From Candidatus Aceula meridiana (GTDB lineage Bacteria > Omnitrophota > Gorgyraeia > Zapsychrales > Aceulaceae): 62,106 bases of DNA. Location: the NCBI GenBank assembly GCA_030765185.1, contig JAVCDE010000015.1, positions 1 to 62,106 on the forward strand. The letters are read 5' to 3'. The notes under the pieces were generated by a model. The model was not told the origin of the DNA, made no database searches, and saw nothing but the letters and a program-made list of their open reading frames with translations. Position numbers and translations under genes: made by a program. This document shows, one piece after another, positions 8,723 through 18,486 of the stretch (its first letter is position 1; every line of letters begins with the position of its first letter).

Positions 8723-9538
8723 TTATCCCCAAAAAGTTAAGATAATCTTTGTCAAAATCGTATTTGAAACAACAACTAAAATATAAGCTAAGGCAACAGC
8801 CTTTGTCGTGTACTTTCCAACCCCCAAAGACCCGCCCGTAGTCATAAATCCTTGATAGCAACAAGTCCAGCTAATTAAAATAGCAAAAAAGAATGTTTTA
8901 ATGAAACCGCTAAAAAAGTCAACATAATCCAAAGAACGTAATGTCTGATTAATATAAAAAGCACCGGGCATATTTGCATCTGTAACCCCAATCAAATAAC
9001 CGCCCATGATGCCGATAACTTCAGAAAAAACAACTAAAATAGGCAAAACTAAAAAACAAGCAACCATTCTCGGAACAACAAGAAATTCAATAGGGTCTAC
9101 GCCCATAACGCGAGTCGCTGTAATCTGGTTGTTAACATTCATAGCGCCTAGCTCGGCGGTCATACGCGCCCCGGCTTTTCCTGAAAAAACAAGAGAACTA
9201 AAGACAGGACCTAGTTCACGAACTAAAGAAAGAGCAACTAGAGAAGCAACTTTTTCCTTAGCACCAAAACGACTCATCGTAACATATCCCTGCAAAGCCA
9301 GCACAACCCCCGATGCAAGCGAAGTTAGCGCAATAACGACAACAGACTGCATTCCTTGCTCATTAATCTGCTTAATGACCTCGCCAAAGCGAATCTTTCC
9401 TCTAGCAATATTTTTGATAACACTACCAAGAAAAAATAGGGCATTGCCAAGGCCGGCTAGCCCTTCAGCAGCATGTCTAAAAAATTGCCCTAAAAAAGAA
9501 AATGAATGATTTGAGCGATTCATTTGTCCTTTAACCAA
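8723..9538 (-). CDS. mlaE: ABC transporter permease MlaE
   Basis: LVRELGPVFSSLVFSGKAGARMTAELGAMNVNNQITATRVMGVDPIEFLVVPRMVA matches the MlaE/Ttg2B consensus. Multi-TM. Confidence 0.8.
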   Translation of the reverse strand: MVKGQMNRSNHSFSFLGQFFRHAAEGLAGLGNALFFLGSVIKNIARGKIRFGEVIKQINEQGMQSVVVIALTSLASGVVLALQGYVTMSRFGAKEKVASLVALSLVRELGPVFSSLVFSGKAGARMTAELGAMNVNNQITATRVMGVDPIEFLVVPRMVACFLVLPILVVFSEVIGIMGGYLIGVTDANMPGAFYINQTLRSLDYVDFFSGFIKTFFFAILISWTCCYQGFMTTGGSLGVGKYTTKAVALAYILVVVSNTILTKIILTFWG

Positions 9539-10020
9539 GCCTCTGTAAGTTCATTATTAATTTTGTATTCTGCGCTCTTTGAAACCCTCTGAATTTCACC
9601 GAGGCCTCTTTTTCTTTTTAACGATGCTTGGAAACCTTGCTTCTTTTTTATTTTTTCAAAGAAACCTTTAACAGCTAAGACTCTAGCACCAAGCTTTTTT
9701 ACATAAATCTGGATTTCTCGATCTTCAGTAACAACAACAATATTCCGCGGATTTGCAGCGTTATCAACTATTCGTTTGATCCGATCATCCGCTGTCTGAT
9801 TTTCTGTAAAAATCACAAAAACCGAATTGGTTTTCATGCCGCTAAGCATTCCCGGTTGACCATCAAAAACAATTGTTACTTTATTTTTTATGCTCCCCTG
9901 GGGCCTATCGACCTCAAGCACTTGTACGAGACCCTCACGAGCATCTTTAAGACTCTTTTGTATCAGCCGAGGAAGCTTGTTGAGGACATTGTACCCATCT
10001 AGGATGTAGTGTAGCGACAT
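9520..10020 (-). CDS. NYN/YacP-like (PIN-related) RNA-binding/nuclease domain protein
   Basis: HYILDGYNVLNKLP..VTIVFDG..VIFT..ADDRIKRIV is the YacP/NYN pattern. Start taken at MSLHY. Confidence 0.6.
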   Translation of the reverse strand: MSLHYILDGYNVLNKLPRLIQKSLKDAREGLVQVLEVDRPQGSIKNKVTIVFDGQPGMLSGMKTNSVFVIFTENQTADDRIKRIVDNAANPRNIVVVTEDREIQIYVKKLGARVLAVKGFFEKIKKKQGFQASLKRKRGLGEIQRVSKSAEYKINNELTEAWLKDK

Positions 10021-10945
10021 AAAATAAAGCTCCTGTGAGGCCAATAATAACCATAAAAAAGAAATTTAATAGACTCATACTCGCAGCCGTTCCGGCATCA
10101 ATGCCAATCTTAGAAAACAAAAAGACGGCTCCTAAATCTCTTGTTCCCAACCCTCCGAGAGATGGAAAAGCTGCCGCAATACAAACTAATGGGACAAAAA
10201 CCAAACAATGCCAAAATAAAATTTCCTGATGCAATCCCCTAGCTGTCAAATAAAACGTCAGGGCTAATATCCCTTGGACTATGCATGAAATAAAAACAAC
10301 AGTAAAAATCGCTTTATGCTTGCTCTTAATTAAAACAATCGCGTAATGAAGTTTCATAAGCTTTTCTTGAATTTTAGGAAGTTTATTAAAAATACGGCAA
10401 GCAAAAGAATACAAACGCTCATGAAAAAGAAATAAAATTCCTATTCCAGCAAAAAAAGCCAAACTGAGAATAGCGACTAACAAGAACGGATCATAGACAA
10501 GTTTATAACCAAAGGCAAATGATACAGAAGCTACAAGAACAATCGCCACAAAGCCGAATATTCTATCCAAAAGAACAGAGGCAATCACAGTAGTTTTTTT
10601 ATCAGTGTCCTTAAAAAGTCCTATCGTTTTAACTACATCGCCTCCTGTAGAAGTCGGCAAGAAAAGATTAAAAAACGCGCCGATCGAGAAACAGCGTGCC
10701 ACGCTTTTAAAAGGAATGCTAAGTCCAAGGGCTTTAATAACAATATGCCAGCGAAGTAGTGTTAAAAAATATAAAATAAACAATGCCGCCAAGGACCATG
10801 CGAGATAGAAAAAATTTGCATCTTTGATAATGTTAAGAGTCTTCTGAACATCAATGATACGAAAAAGATACGTCAAAAGCCCAATGCTTAATGCAATGCG
10901 TAAGAATCCAGATAAGAAATTCTTTGTTTTTTGTGATAAAGACAT
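9947..10945 (-). CDS. UPF0104 / lysylphosphatidylglycerol-synthase-TM-region-like flippase-type membrane protein
   Basis: About 8 TM. Motifs FLPTSTGGDVVK and FPSLGGLGTRDLGAVF are typical of the family. Start moved to MSLSQKT (10945), just after the lipA stop. The 3' end overlaps the NYN gene by about 74 nt. Confidence 0.55.
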   Translation of the reverse strand: MSLSQKTKNFLSGFLRIALSIGLLTYLFRIIDVQKTLNIIKDANFFYLAWSLAALFILYFLTLLRWHIVIKALGLSIPFKSVARCFSIGAFFNLFLPTSTGGDVVKTIGLFKDTDKKTTVIASVLLDRIFGFVAIVLVASVSFAFGYKLVYDPFLLVAILSLAFFAGIGILFLFHERLYSFACRIFNKLPKIQEKLMKLHYAIVLIKSKHKAIFTVVFISCIVQGILALTFYLTARGLHQEILFWHCLVFVPLVCIAAAFPSLGGLGTRDLGAVFLFSKIGIDAGTAASMSLLNFFFMVIIGLTGALFYVATLHPRWVQCPQQASSADTKES

Positions 10946-10949
10946 GCTT

Positions 10950-11840
10950 TTAATCAACTCCAGACGTTGTTTTTTGACAATTTTGATACGCTTCTTTAGC
11001 ACAATAAGAACTTCGAACTAAAGGAGCGCTAAAAATATGTTTAAACCCTAGCGTAGTCCCAAACTCTTTATAGCCTTCAAATTCATCAGGAGAGACAAAG
11101 CGCTTAACGCTAACATGCCTGTGCGACTTTGATGGCGCCAGATACTGGCCAATGGTCAAAATATCGCAGCCAACAGAAGCTAAATCCTGTATAAGCCCTT
11201 TAACTTCGTCTAAGGACTCTCCTAATCCCACCATAAAGCCAGATTTTGTCAAAATAGATTTACGCGTCTGCTTTGCAATTCTTAAAACGTTTAATGATGT
11301 TGCATAATTGGCCTGAGGACGCAAAATTCCTGAAAGCCGCCTTATTGTCTCCATATTATGCGCGACAACATCAACGCCTGAATCAATCACACGCACAATA
11401 AGCTCTTTGTCAGCAGAAAAATCAGGGATTAAGGATTCCACTTTTATGCCAGGTATCATTTCCTTTAAAGAACAAATTGTGTTACAGAATTGGTTACACC
11501 CTTTATCCGGCAAGTCATCACGTGTAACCGAGGTGAGGACGACATAATCTAAATTTAATTCTTTAACTGCGCAAGCAACACGAAAAGGTTCCTGCTCGTC
11601 AATTGCTTTAGGCTCTCCTGATTCAACTGCGCAAAATCGGCACGCACGCGTACAAGCATCCCCTAAAATCATAAAAGTCGCGACACCTTTGCTCCAACAA
11701 GTCCCCATATTCGGACAATGTGCTTCCTCGCAAACCGTATGCAAGCAGGATGTTTTTAATATTTGCTTTAACGGCTCAATCTGTGAAAGATCCGGAATTC
11801 TCTGCTTAAACCATGCGGGCAACTTTGTCTGCGTTGTCAT
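10950..11840 (-). CDS. lipA: Lipoyl synthase
   Basis: CEEAHCPNMGTCW auxiliary cluster and radical-SAM CTRACRFCAV motif. 296 aa. Confidence 0.9.
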   Translation of the reverse strand: MTTQTKLPAWFKQRIPDLSQIEPLKQILKTSCLHTVCEEAHCPNMGTCWSKGVATFMILGDACTRACRFCAVESGEPKAIDEQEPFRVACAVKELNLDYVVLTSVTRDDLPDKGCNQFCNTICSLKEMIPGIKVESLIPDFSADKELIVRVIDSGVDVVAHNMETIRRLSGILRPQANYATSLNVLRIAKQTRKSILTKSGFMVGLGESLDEVKGLIQDLASVGCDILTIGQYLAPSKSHRHVSVKRFVSPDEFEGYKEFGTTLGFKHIFSAPLVRSSYCAKEAYQNCQKTTSGVD

Positions 11841-11852
11841 AAATCAAAAACC

Positions 11853-12377
11853 TTAAAGGCTTTCTTTTAATTCTTGCTCTGTCTTTGCAGCAAGCTTGTC
11901 TATCTGAGCCTTTTGCTCTTGCTTTTCTTTGTCGCTTGCGTAATCAATAATCATTTTGGCATGCAAATGGTCATATTCATGAAGAATAACACGCGCTAAA
12001 AAACCCTCACATTCGATATGGCGCTCCTCACCATTCTCGTCGGTATAATCCATGCTAATGCTTTTAGGCCTTTTAATTTTAAATGAAAGCCCAGGAAAGC
12101 TAAGACATCCTTCATCCATCTCTTCCTTGCCCTGAGGATTAGAAATCTTTGGGTTAACAAAAACAGATGGCCCGTCTCCCAAATCAATAATAAAAATCTG
12201 CTTACTAACGCCAATCTGGGGTGCAGCCAAACCAATATCGGTTTCTTTTTCTGAGATTGTGTTGATCATCGCCTGAATGAGCATAATCTCCGCAGGCCCC
12301 ACCTTATCAATAGGTTCTGCCTCTTTCCTTAAAACCGGATCACCGTATGTTCTAATTTTTAATTTTGTTCTGATCAT
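11853..12377 (-). CDS. def: Peptide deformylase
   Basis: GLAAPQIG, EGCLS and HEYDHL motifs all present. Start at MIRTKLKI overlaps the panD end. Confidence 0.9.
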   Translation of the reverse strand: MIRTKLKIRTYGDPVLRKEAEPIDKVGPAEIMLIQAMINTISEKETDIGLAAPQIGVSKQIFIIDLGDGPSVFVNPKISNPQGKEEMDEGCLSFPGLSFKIKRPKSISMDYTDENGEERHIECEGFLARVILHEYDHLHAKMIIDYASDKEKQEQKAQIDKLAAKTEQELKESL

Positions 12378-12711
12378 CGAGATAAACAATACGTGGGTTA
12401 CTTTGACTCTCCTTGCCTTTTTCTACTAAACCATAACTAACAATAATAACTTTATCTCCTACAACACCTTTACGTGCTGCTGGCCCATTAAGACAAACAA
12501 TGCCGGAGCCCGGCTTGCCAGCGATAGTATAGGTTTCAATCCTTGAGCCGTTGTTAATATTTAAGACTTGAACTTTTTCACCCGGGGCAATATCCGCTGC
12601 CTTTAAGATACTTTCATCGACAGTGATGCTTCCCTCATAGTAAAGCTCAGCCTCGGTTACGCAGGCACTATTAATTTTTGATTTTAAGACAGAAATTAAC
12701 ATCTTTTTCAA
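12352..12711 (-). CDS. panD: Aspartate 1-decarboxylase
   Basis: LKSKINSACVTEAELYYEGSITVDE (G-S self-cleavage site) and NGPAARKG..GDKVII are typical of pyruvoyl PanD. Confidence 0.85.
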   Translation of the reverse strand: MKKMLISVLKSKINSACVTEAELYYEGSITVDESILKAADIAPGEKVQVLNINNGSRIETYTIAGKPGSGIVCLNGPAARKGVVGDKVIIVSYGLVEKGKESQSNPRIVYLDDQNKIKN

Positions 12712-12724
12712 ACCTCTCTTATAT

Positions 12725-13048
12725 TTAGACTAATAGCTTATTGACACGCTCAACAAGCTGCTCTTTGGCAACAACTCCAACAGCCTGATCAGCGACATTG
12801 CCTTCTTTAAAAAAGATGAGTGTCGGGATAGACATAACACTATATTTCATTGCCAAACTTTGCGCTTCGTCTACATTCACTTTAGCCACTTTTATTTTTC
12901 CTGATAACTCATCGGCAACTTCATCAATAATTGGCCCCATCATCTTGCAAGGTCCACACCATTCTGCCCAAAAATCTACTACAGCCGGAACATCAGATTT
13001 TAGAATCTCTTGTTCAAAATTTTGTTCTGTTAAATGAATAGCTGGCAT
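12725..13048 (-). CDS. trxA: Thioredoxin
   Basis: 107 aa. VVDFWAEWCGPCKM active site and SIPTLIFFK. Confidence 0.9.
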   Translation of the reverse strand: MPAIHLTEQNFEQEILKSDVPAVVDFWAEWCGPCKMMGPIIDEVADELSGKIKVAKVNVDEAQSLAMKYSVMSIPTLIFFKEGNVADQAVGVVAKEQLVERVNKLLV

Positions 13049-13100
13049 CTCTCCTCCTTATTAGTTATCGGTAACTTTTATATATCAAAGTTAAAGAGAT

Positions 13101-13129
13101 ATTATACAAATATTCTATATATATATCAA
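13101..13129 (-). promoter_or_regulatory. Putative sigma-70 promoter of trxA
   Basis: Minus strand reads TTGATA-17 nt-TATAAT, about 50 nt upstream of the trxA ATG, which has AAGGAGGAG as its SD. Confidence 0.45.
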
Positions 13130-13310
13130 TACTATTTTTATATAGGAAAGACTTGCAATTCCTTTGTTTTCAAGAAATTACAACTCCGCTAAAAACTCTT
13201 TTATTATTAAATTTCCTAGGGGATGGTGATTAACACACTTGTCCTAAAAGTTTTTAAACAGGAAAGCACAAAAAAACACCTTAAAGTGATGGAATCTATT
13301 TACCTTAAAA

Positions 13311-14060
13311 CTATTCTTTTTTCCCTTGATTGGCCACCCTCGCGGTGGCCTTTCTTATAACTTCAGAATCTCCGAGATAATAATGGCGCAAAGGCTTTAG
13401 AGACTCATCAAGCTCATAAATAAGCGGAATGCCAGTAGGAACGTTGAGGCTTACGATATCTTGTTCGGAAATATTATCAAGATGTTTAATGAGAGCGCGC
13501 AGACTGTTTCCATGAGCAGAAATTAGAATCTTTTTTCCCTCTTTTAGCTGAGGAACAATAAACTCGTGCCAATAAGGCAAAAAACGTTCAACTGTACTTT
13601 TTAAACTTTCTGCCAAAGGAATATCTTTTTTTTCAAGACTTTGATACTTTGGGTCATGCCCAGGATACCGTTCATCACCTTCATCCAATGCCGGTGGCAA
13701 AACATCATAGCTGCGGCGCCAAATCAAAACCTGGTCCTCTCCGTATTTTTGTGCTGTTTCAGACTTGTTTAAGCCTTGCAACGCTCCGTAATGACGTTCA
13801 TTAAGTCTCCAAGATTGATGAATCTCAATATCGGAAAGCCCCATTTCCTCAAGAGCGATAGAAAGAGTCTCCGTTGCCCTTATCAAGACAGATGTAAAGG
13901 CGACATCGAAAGTGAAGCCTTCTTTTTTCAATTCTTGTCCGGCGTAGCGTGCTTCTTCAATGCCTTTTTCAGAAAGACCAATATCCGTCCATCCAGTAAA
14001 CTTATTTTCTTTATTCCAAAGGCTTTCGCCATGGCGTAAAAGAACTAACGAAATTGACAC
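13311..14060 (-). CDS. gpmA: 2,3-bisphosphoglycerate-dependent phosphoglycerate mutase
   Basis: [44 protein letters not shown] start preceded by GGGAGG. Confidence 0.9.
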   Translation of the reverse strand: MSISLVLLRHGESLWNKENKFTGWTDIGLSEKGIEEARYAGQELKKEGFTFDVAFTSVLIRATETLSIALEEMGLSDIEIHQSWRLNERHYGALQGLNKSETAQKYGEDQVLIWRRSYDVLPPALDEGDERYPGHDPKYQSLEKKDIPLAESLKSTVERFLPYWHEFIVPQLKEGKKILISAHGNSLRALIKHLDNISEQDIVSLNVPTGIPLIYELDESLKPLRHYYLGDSEVIRKATARVANQGKKE

Positions 14061-14085
14061 GAAACCTCCCTGTTGTTTTCTTGAA

Positions 14086-14200
14086 CCTGGATTTTGCTAA
14101 TACAAAATCCGCCCAGAGGGCCACAGCGTCACAGCCTGTTGTGGCTTGCGGGGTTAACCCTCCTCATAGAATCTTTTTTTATATCAAAAAAAAGATTCTA
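14086..14200. repeat. GC-rich multi-hairpin intergenic repeat, family 2, copy 1 (gpmA leader)
   Basis: GGATTTT-N8-AAAATCC hairpin, GCCC-AGA-GGGC hairpin, GGGTTAACCC palindrome, then the TAGAATCTTTTTTT/AAAAAAAAGATTCTA palindrome. By my manual alignment, 49 of 60 core positions (14101-14160) are identical to 44751-44810. Confidence 0.7.
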
Positions 14201-14863
14201 TTGTGAACTCCGAGTTGAATAGCGCGCAGCATAAAAACTAACAATTTTTCCAATAAAGACCGCTAGAAAAATATGCCCTATGATGACTTCAAGATAAGAA
14301 AGATTTACCGCCCATGGATTGACCGGAACCATTTTAGCAAATTTTAAAGTCGTGAGAGTAGAAAAACTATACTGAAAGAATGGAATTTGTTCAATGATCA
14401 ATTTTGAGAAGATCTTTTTATCAAAAATAAAAATAAACGAATAAAAAATACTCCACAAGAAACCTACTAGAAGATAGCCACTGACGCCTAATTTAACTAA
14501 GGTTACCGCATCTTCATCTAAAGCTAACATTTTTCTCAAAAGAAATTTAAGGCTTAAAATCAAAAGCCCTCCATAAAATAAACGTATAAAAATTAAGATA
14601 ATCCTTTCTAATAAGGGGCTAACTGTCGCCATCAAAATAAGATCAAGGCAAAAGGCAAGACCTAAAAAAAGCAAGGATTGGAAAAAAAGCCTTCGTGGAA
14701 GATGCGTCATGCAAAGAGACAAGAAAATAATAATAAAAAAAACAAACGGAGCAACGGAAAAATGCAGGTCTTTTGCCTCGATAAAGGGCAATAAAAAAAA
14801 CAGCAAAATAAAAGCAGCGAGAAAAAGATTAAGGCGGTCCTGGATAATGCTTTTAATGTTCAT
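14198..14863 (-). CDS. Polytopic membrane protein, possibly ion-channel-like
   Basis: 221 aa, about 6 hydrophobic helices. C-terminal helix-loop-helix (SFSTLTTLKFAKMVP..IIGHIFLAVFIG) vaguely resembles a pore module but lacks a canonical selectivity filter. Confidence 0.35.
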   Translation of the reverse strand: MNIKSIIQDRLNLFLAAFILLFFLLPFIEAKDLHFSVAPFVFFIIIFLSLCMTHLPRRLFFQSLLFLGLAFCLDLILMATVSPLLERIILIFIRLFYGGLLILSLKFLLRKMLALDEDAVTLVKLGVSGYLLVGFLWSIFYSFIFIFDKKIFSKLIIEQIPFFQYSFSTLTTLKFAKMVPVNPWAVNLSYLEVIIGHIFLAVFIGKIVSFYAARYSTRSSQ

Positions 14864-14927
14864 TTTTGTCTCCTTTGAAACCTATTATACCTTAATTTTG
14901 AAGAAAAAGAAAATAGCTTAAGGCATG

Positions 14928-15104
14928 GAGCCCCACGGCTAAAGCCGTGGTACCTTCTAATTTACCCTGCTTCGCCCGCCATTGTTTCGGTGGCGGGCTT
15001 CGTAGTGTTATCCATCCAAAAGGCGAACATCCTCCGAAGCAGAAACTAACTGCCCGTTCGCATTCATCCGCGGATAAACCCATGGTTTTCTGCGAAGGAT
15101 GGAT
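14928..15104 (+). repeat. Structured GC-rich repeat, family 1, copy A (orphan copy)
   Basis: Shares perfectly conserved blocks ACCCTGCTTCGC, GCGAACATCCTCCG and TTTCTGCGAAGGATGGA with 19224-19378. Contains hairpins CCACGGC-TAAA-GCCGTGG and GCCCGCCA-N9-TGGCGGGC. Strand inferred from G-U-compatible differences. Confidence 0.65.
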
Positions 15105-15139
15105 AAAAAAGGCCGTCCCAACCAAAAGTCAGGACGGCC
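15105..15139 (-). terminator. Intrinsic terminator of gap
   Basis: Minus strand reads GGCCGTCC-13 nt loop-GGACGGCC followed by TTTTTTAT, 20 nt after the gap stop codon. Confidence 0.75.
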
Positions 15140-15158
15140 AACATAAGCTACTCAATCT

Positions 15159-16181
<1,023 letters not shown>

Positions 16182-16199
16182 TTAATCTTAAGAAAAACT

Positions 16200-16227
16200 A
16201 TTATAAACTTTCCGTATTTTAAGTCAA
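16200..16227 (-). promoter_or_regulatory. Putative sigma-70 promoter of gap
   Basis: Minus strand reads TTGACT-16 nt-TATAAT, about 50 nt upstream of the gap ATG. Confidence 0.5.
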
Positions 16228-16274
16228 GCCAATAAAGAAAATAAAACACAGTCGAAGTGTAAGCTAATAAATTA

Positions 16275-17276
16275 TCAAATCTTAGCTTCGCGAAGATAGC
16301 GGGCAGCTAGGCAAGGCGCTGTTGGGACAATATAAAACCCTGTTCCCCACTCAAAACCAGCCATGTTGGTTAGCTTAGGAATAATTTCAATGTGCCAATG
16401 GTAACCTTCCGGAAAACTATTGGTAATCGGAGCTGTATGAATAAAAAAATTATAAGAAGGGTCTGAAAGGCAGGCTTTATTGCGCTGTAGAACCTCTTTT
16501 AAAAATTTTCCTAAGCTGTGCTTGTTTCCATCAGACATTTGACAAAAAGATGATTGATGTTTTTTAGGCATAATCCATGTCTCAAATGGAAAGCGTGAAG
16601 TGTAGGATGCAAAACAAATAAAATCATTATTTTCTGTAACAATGCGCTCTTTGTCTTCTACTTCTTGCTTTATAATGTCGCAATAAACACAGCGACCATT
16701 GTCTTGATAATATTGTTTGGCCCCTTCTAGAGATTGCAAAACATATTTTGGTATCATCGGCAACGCGATAATTTGGCTATGAGCATGCTCAAGGCTAGCC
16801 CCAGCAGATGCTCCATAATTCTTAAAAATCATTACATAGCGAAAACGCTTATCGCGCGCTAAATCAATCGAGCGGCTGCAATATTTATTAATTACCTCAT
16901 ACATTTCCTTATCAGAGAAATCTGGAAAATCCTTATCGTGATCAGGCGTCTCAACAACAACTTCGTGAGCTCCGACACCTTTAGATATATCATAAAGACC
17001 AATGCCTTTGCGATCGATATCTCCTTCCGCCTCTAAAGCTGGAAATCTGTTAGGAACAACACGTGTAATCCACCCAGGACTATTGGCATGCGAACCATCA
17101 TATCGGACAGAATCAATCTCAGGTGGAGTTCTATCTTCTCTTTCAGGACAAAAAGGACAAATGGCTTGTTGCCGAAAAACTCTATTTTCCTTTTCATAGT
17201 CCTGTGGAGACAAAGAGTCGTCCGTCTGAACAATAACCCAGCGTCCCAGAACAGGATCTTTTCTCAATTCGCTCAT
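16275..17276 (-). CDS. GalT-family (HIT superfamily) hexose-1-phosphate nucleotidyltransferase / ADP-glucose-phosphorylase-like
   Basis: KDPVLGRWVIV, CPFCPE zinc motif, catalytic HAHSQ (HxHxQ) and YHWHIEIIP all present. Confidence 0.75.
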   Translation of the reverse strand: MSELRKDPVLGRWVIVQTDDSLSPQDYEKENRVFRQQAICPFCPEREDRTPPEIDSVRYDGSHANSPGWITRVVPNRFPALEAEGDIDRKGIGLYDISKGVGAHEVVVETPDHDKDFPDFSDKEMYEVINKYCSRSIDLARDKRFRYVMIFKNYGASAGASLEHAHSQIIALPMIPKYVLQSLEGAKQYYQDNGRCVYCDIIKQEVEDKERIVTENNDFICFASYTSRFPFETWIMPKKHQSSFCQMSDGNKHSLGKFLKEVLQRNKACLSDPSYNFFIHTAPITNSFPEGYHWHIEIIPKLTNMAGFEWGTGFYIVPTAPCLAARYLREAKI

Positions 17277-17278
17277 AA

Positions 17279-18319
17279 TTAAATTTCAACCTCTCGTAAA
17301 TACTCTGCAGCTGCCTCAGGCGGAATTGGACAAATATAAAAACCAGTTCCTTTCTCAAATCCAGCGGCTTGTGTCAGTCGAGGAGTAACTTCAATATGCC
17401 AATGATAATCTTCTGCAATTGTTTGATATTTTACTTCTCCTGGATTTTTTCTTAAAAAAGGTGCTGAATGAACAACAAAATGATAAGCAGGATTATTCAA
17501 TCCAATTTTCATTTTCAAAAGAATTTCTTTAAACGCCTTAGCCAAATATTTTTCTTTACCTTTAATTCCTTTCGGAAATTGAGAATGATGATCTTTAGGA
17601 ATAATCCATGTTTCAAATGGAAAGCGTGAAGCAAAAGGCACAACGGTTAAAAAATGCTCATCATCAGAAACAACGCGTTGATTGCTCTCAAGCTCTTGGG
17701 CAACGAGATCGCAATATAAACAACGCTCATGATAATCAAAATATTTTTTTGCACCCCTTAGCTCTTCTTTAATACGCATCGGGACAACAGGAGTCGCAAT
17801 AATCTCCGAATAAGAATGATTAATGTTTTGATTATCTCTCGTCCATCGAAAATTCTTATGCGCAAGAACATATTTGATGCGTTGATCATTTTCTAAATCA
17901 TTAATTCTTTCGGCATAAGTATTAATAACAAGTTCAATTTGTTTAAGGCTTAAATCCGCCATATTAGAAATATGCTTCGGGCTTTCAACGATAACCTCGT
18001 GGGCTCCACGTCCATTTAATTTCTGATAAAGTCCATGAGTAGTACGAGAAAGATCGACAAAGGCTTTTAAGATTGGATTTTTATCTGCAACAACGCGAAC
18101 CTGCCAACCTGGAGAATCTTTCTTTGTGCCTTTCTTCCGGACAGCACAAATTTCTTTAGGCGTCTCTGACTCGCGCCCTTCGCAAAAGCAGCAAGATTCC
18201 TCAGGAGTTTCAACTAAATTCGATTCTTCTGAATTGACAAAATTGCCCGGACGTCTAGCTCGGGAGGTGGCCATAATAACCCAGCGGCCGATAATAGGGT
18301 CTTTACGAAGTTCTTGCAT
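17279..18319 (-). CDS. GalT-family paralogue lacking the HxHxQ nucleophile (probable pseudoenzyme or partner subunit)
   Basis: Same fold markers (KDPIIGRWVIM, CCFCEG, YHWHIEVTP), but the active-site pentapeptide reads HSYSE. Start taken at MQELRKDP (the ORF track begins at an upstream TTG). The stop lies 2 nt before the paralogue's ATG. Confidence 0.65.
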   Translation of the reverse strand: MQELRKDPIIGRWVIMATSRARRPGNFVNSEESNLVETPEESCCFCEGRESETPKEICAVRKKGTKKDSPGWQVRVVADKNPILKAFVDLSRTTHGLYQKLNGRGAHEVIVESPKHISNMADLSLKQIELVINTYAERINDLENDQRIKYVLAHKNFRWTRDNQNINHSYSEIIATPVVPMRIKEELRGAKKYFDYHERCLYCDLVAQELESNQRVVSDDEHFLTVVPFASRFPFETWIIPKDHHSQFPKGIKGKEKYLAKAFKEILLKMKIGLNNPAYHFVVHSAPFLRKNPGEVKYQTIAEDYHWHIEVTPRLTQAAGFEKGTGFYICPIPPEAAAEYLREVEI

Positions 18320-18486
18320 AATCCTTTTCTCTTTTATTGTGTGCAAAAATTATAACATAAAGAAAAATGAAGGGAAATTATTTTGCTAGAATCTGTAAAC
18401 GATAATTTAGTGAAAAAATGCTGATCCTGTAAACAAAATTTGCGTAGCCCTTGACAAATAATAAGAATTACTGATAGGGTATATTC

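Noticed and set aside
9947-10020. 74-nt overlap between the UPF0104 membrane-protein gene and the NYN gene, considered as a frameshift or pseudogene
   Set aside because: Both ORFs are intact, with family motifs up to their ends. The overlapped tail of the membrane protein is non-conserved hydrophilic sequence. Nothing in the sequence forces an error, so I left both as intact genes.
14167-14200. A/T palindrome TAGAATCTTTTTTT-ATATC-AAAAAAAAGATTCTA as a canonical terminator
   Set aside because: The stem is almost entirely A-U and overlaps the stop codon. On the sense strand it is not followed by a separate U-run. I kept it as part of the family-2 repeat description instead.
14928-15104. Family-1 repeat considered as SRP RNA, tRNA-like or 6S RNA
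   Set aside because: It lacks the SRP helix-8 GGAA tetraloop and AGCAGCC context, and has no cloverleaf. The presence of two copies in non-equivalent contexts also argues against a housekeeping RNA.
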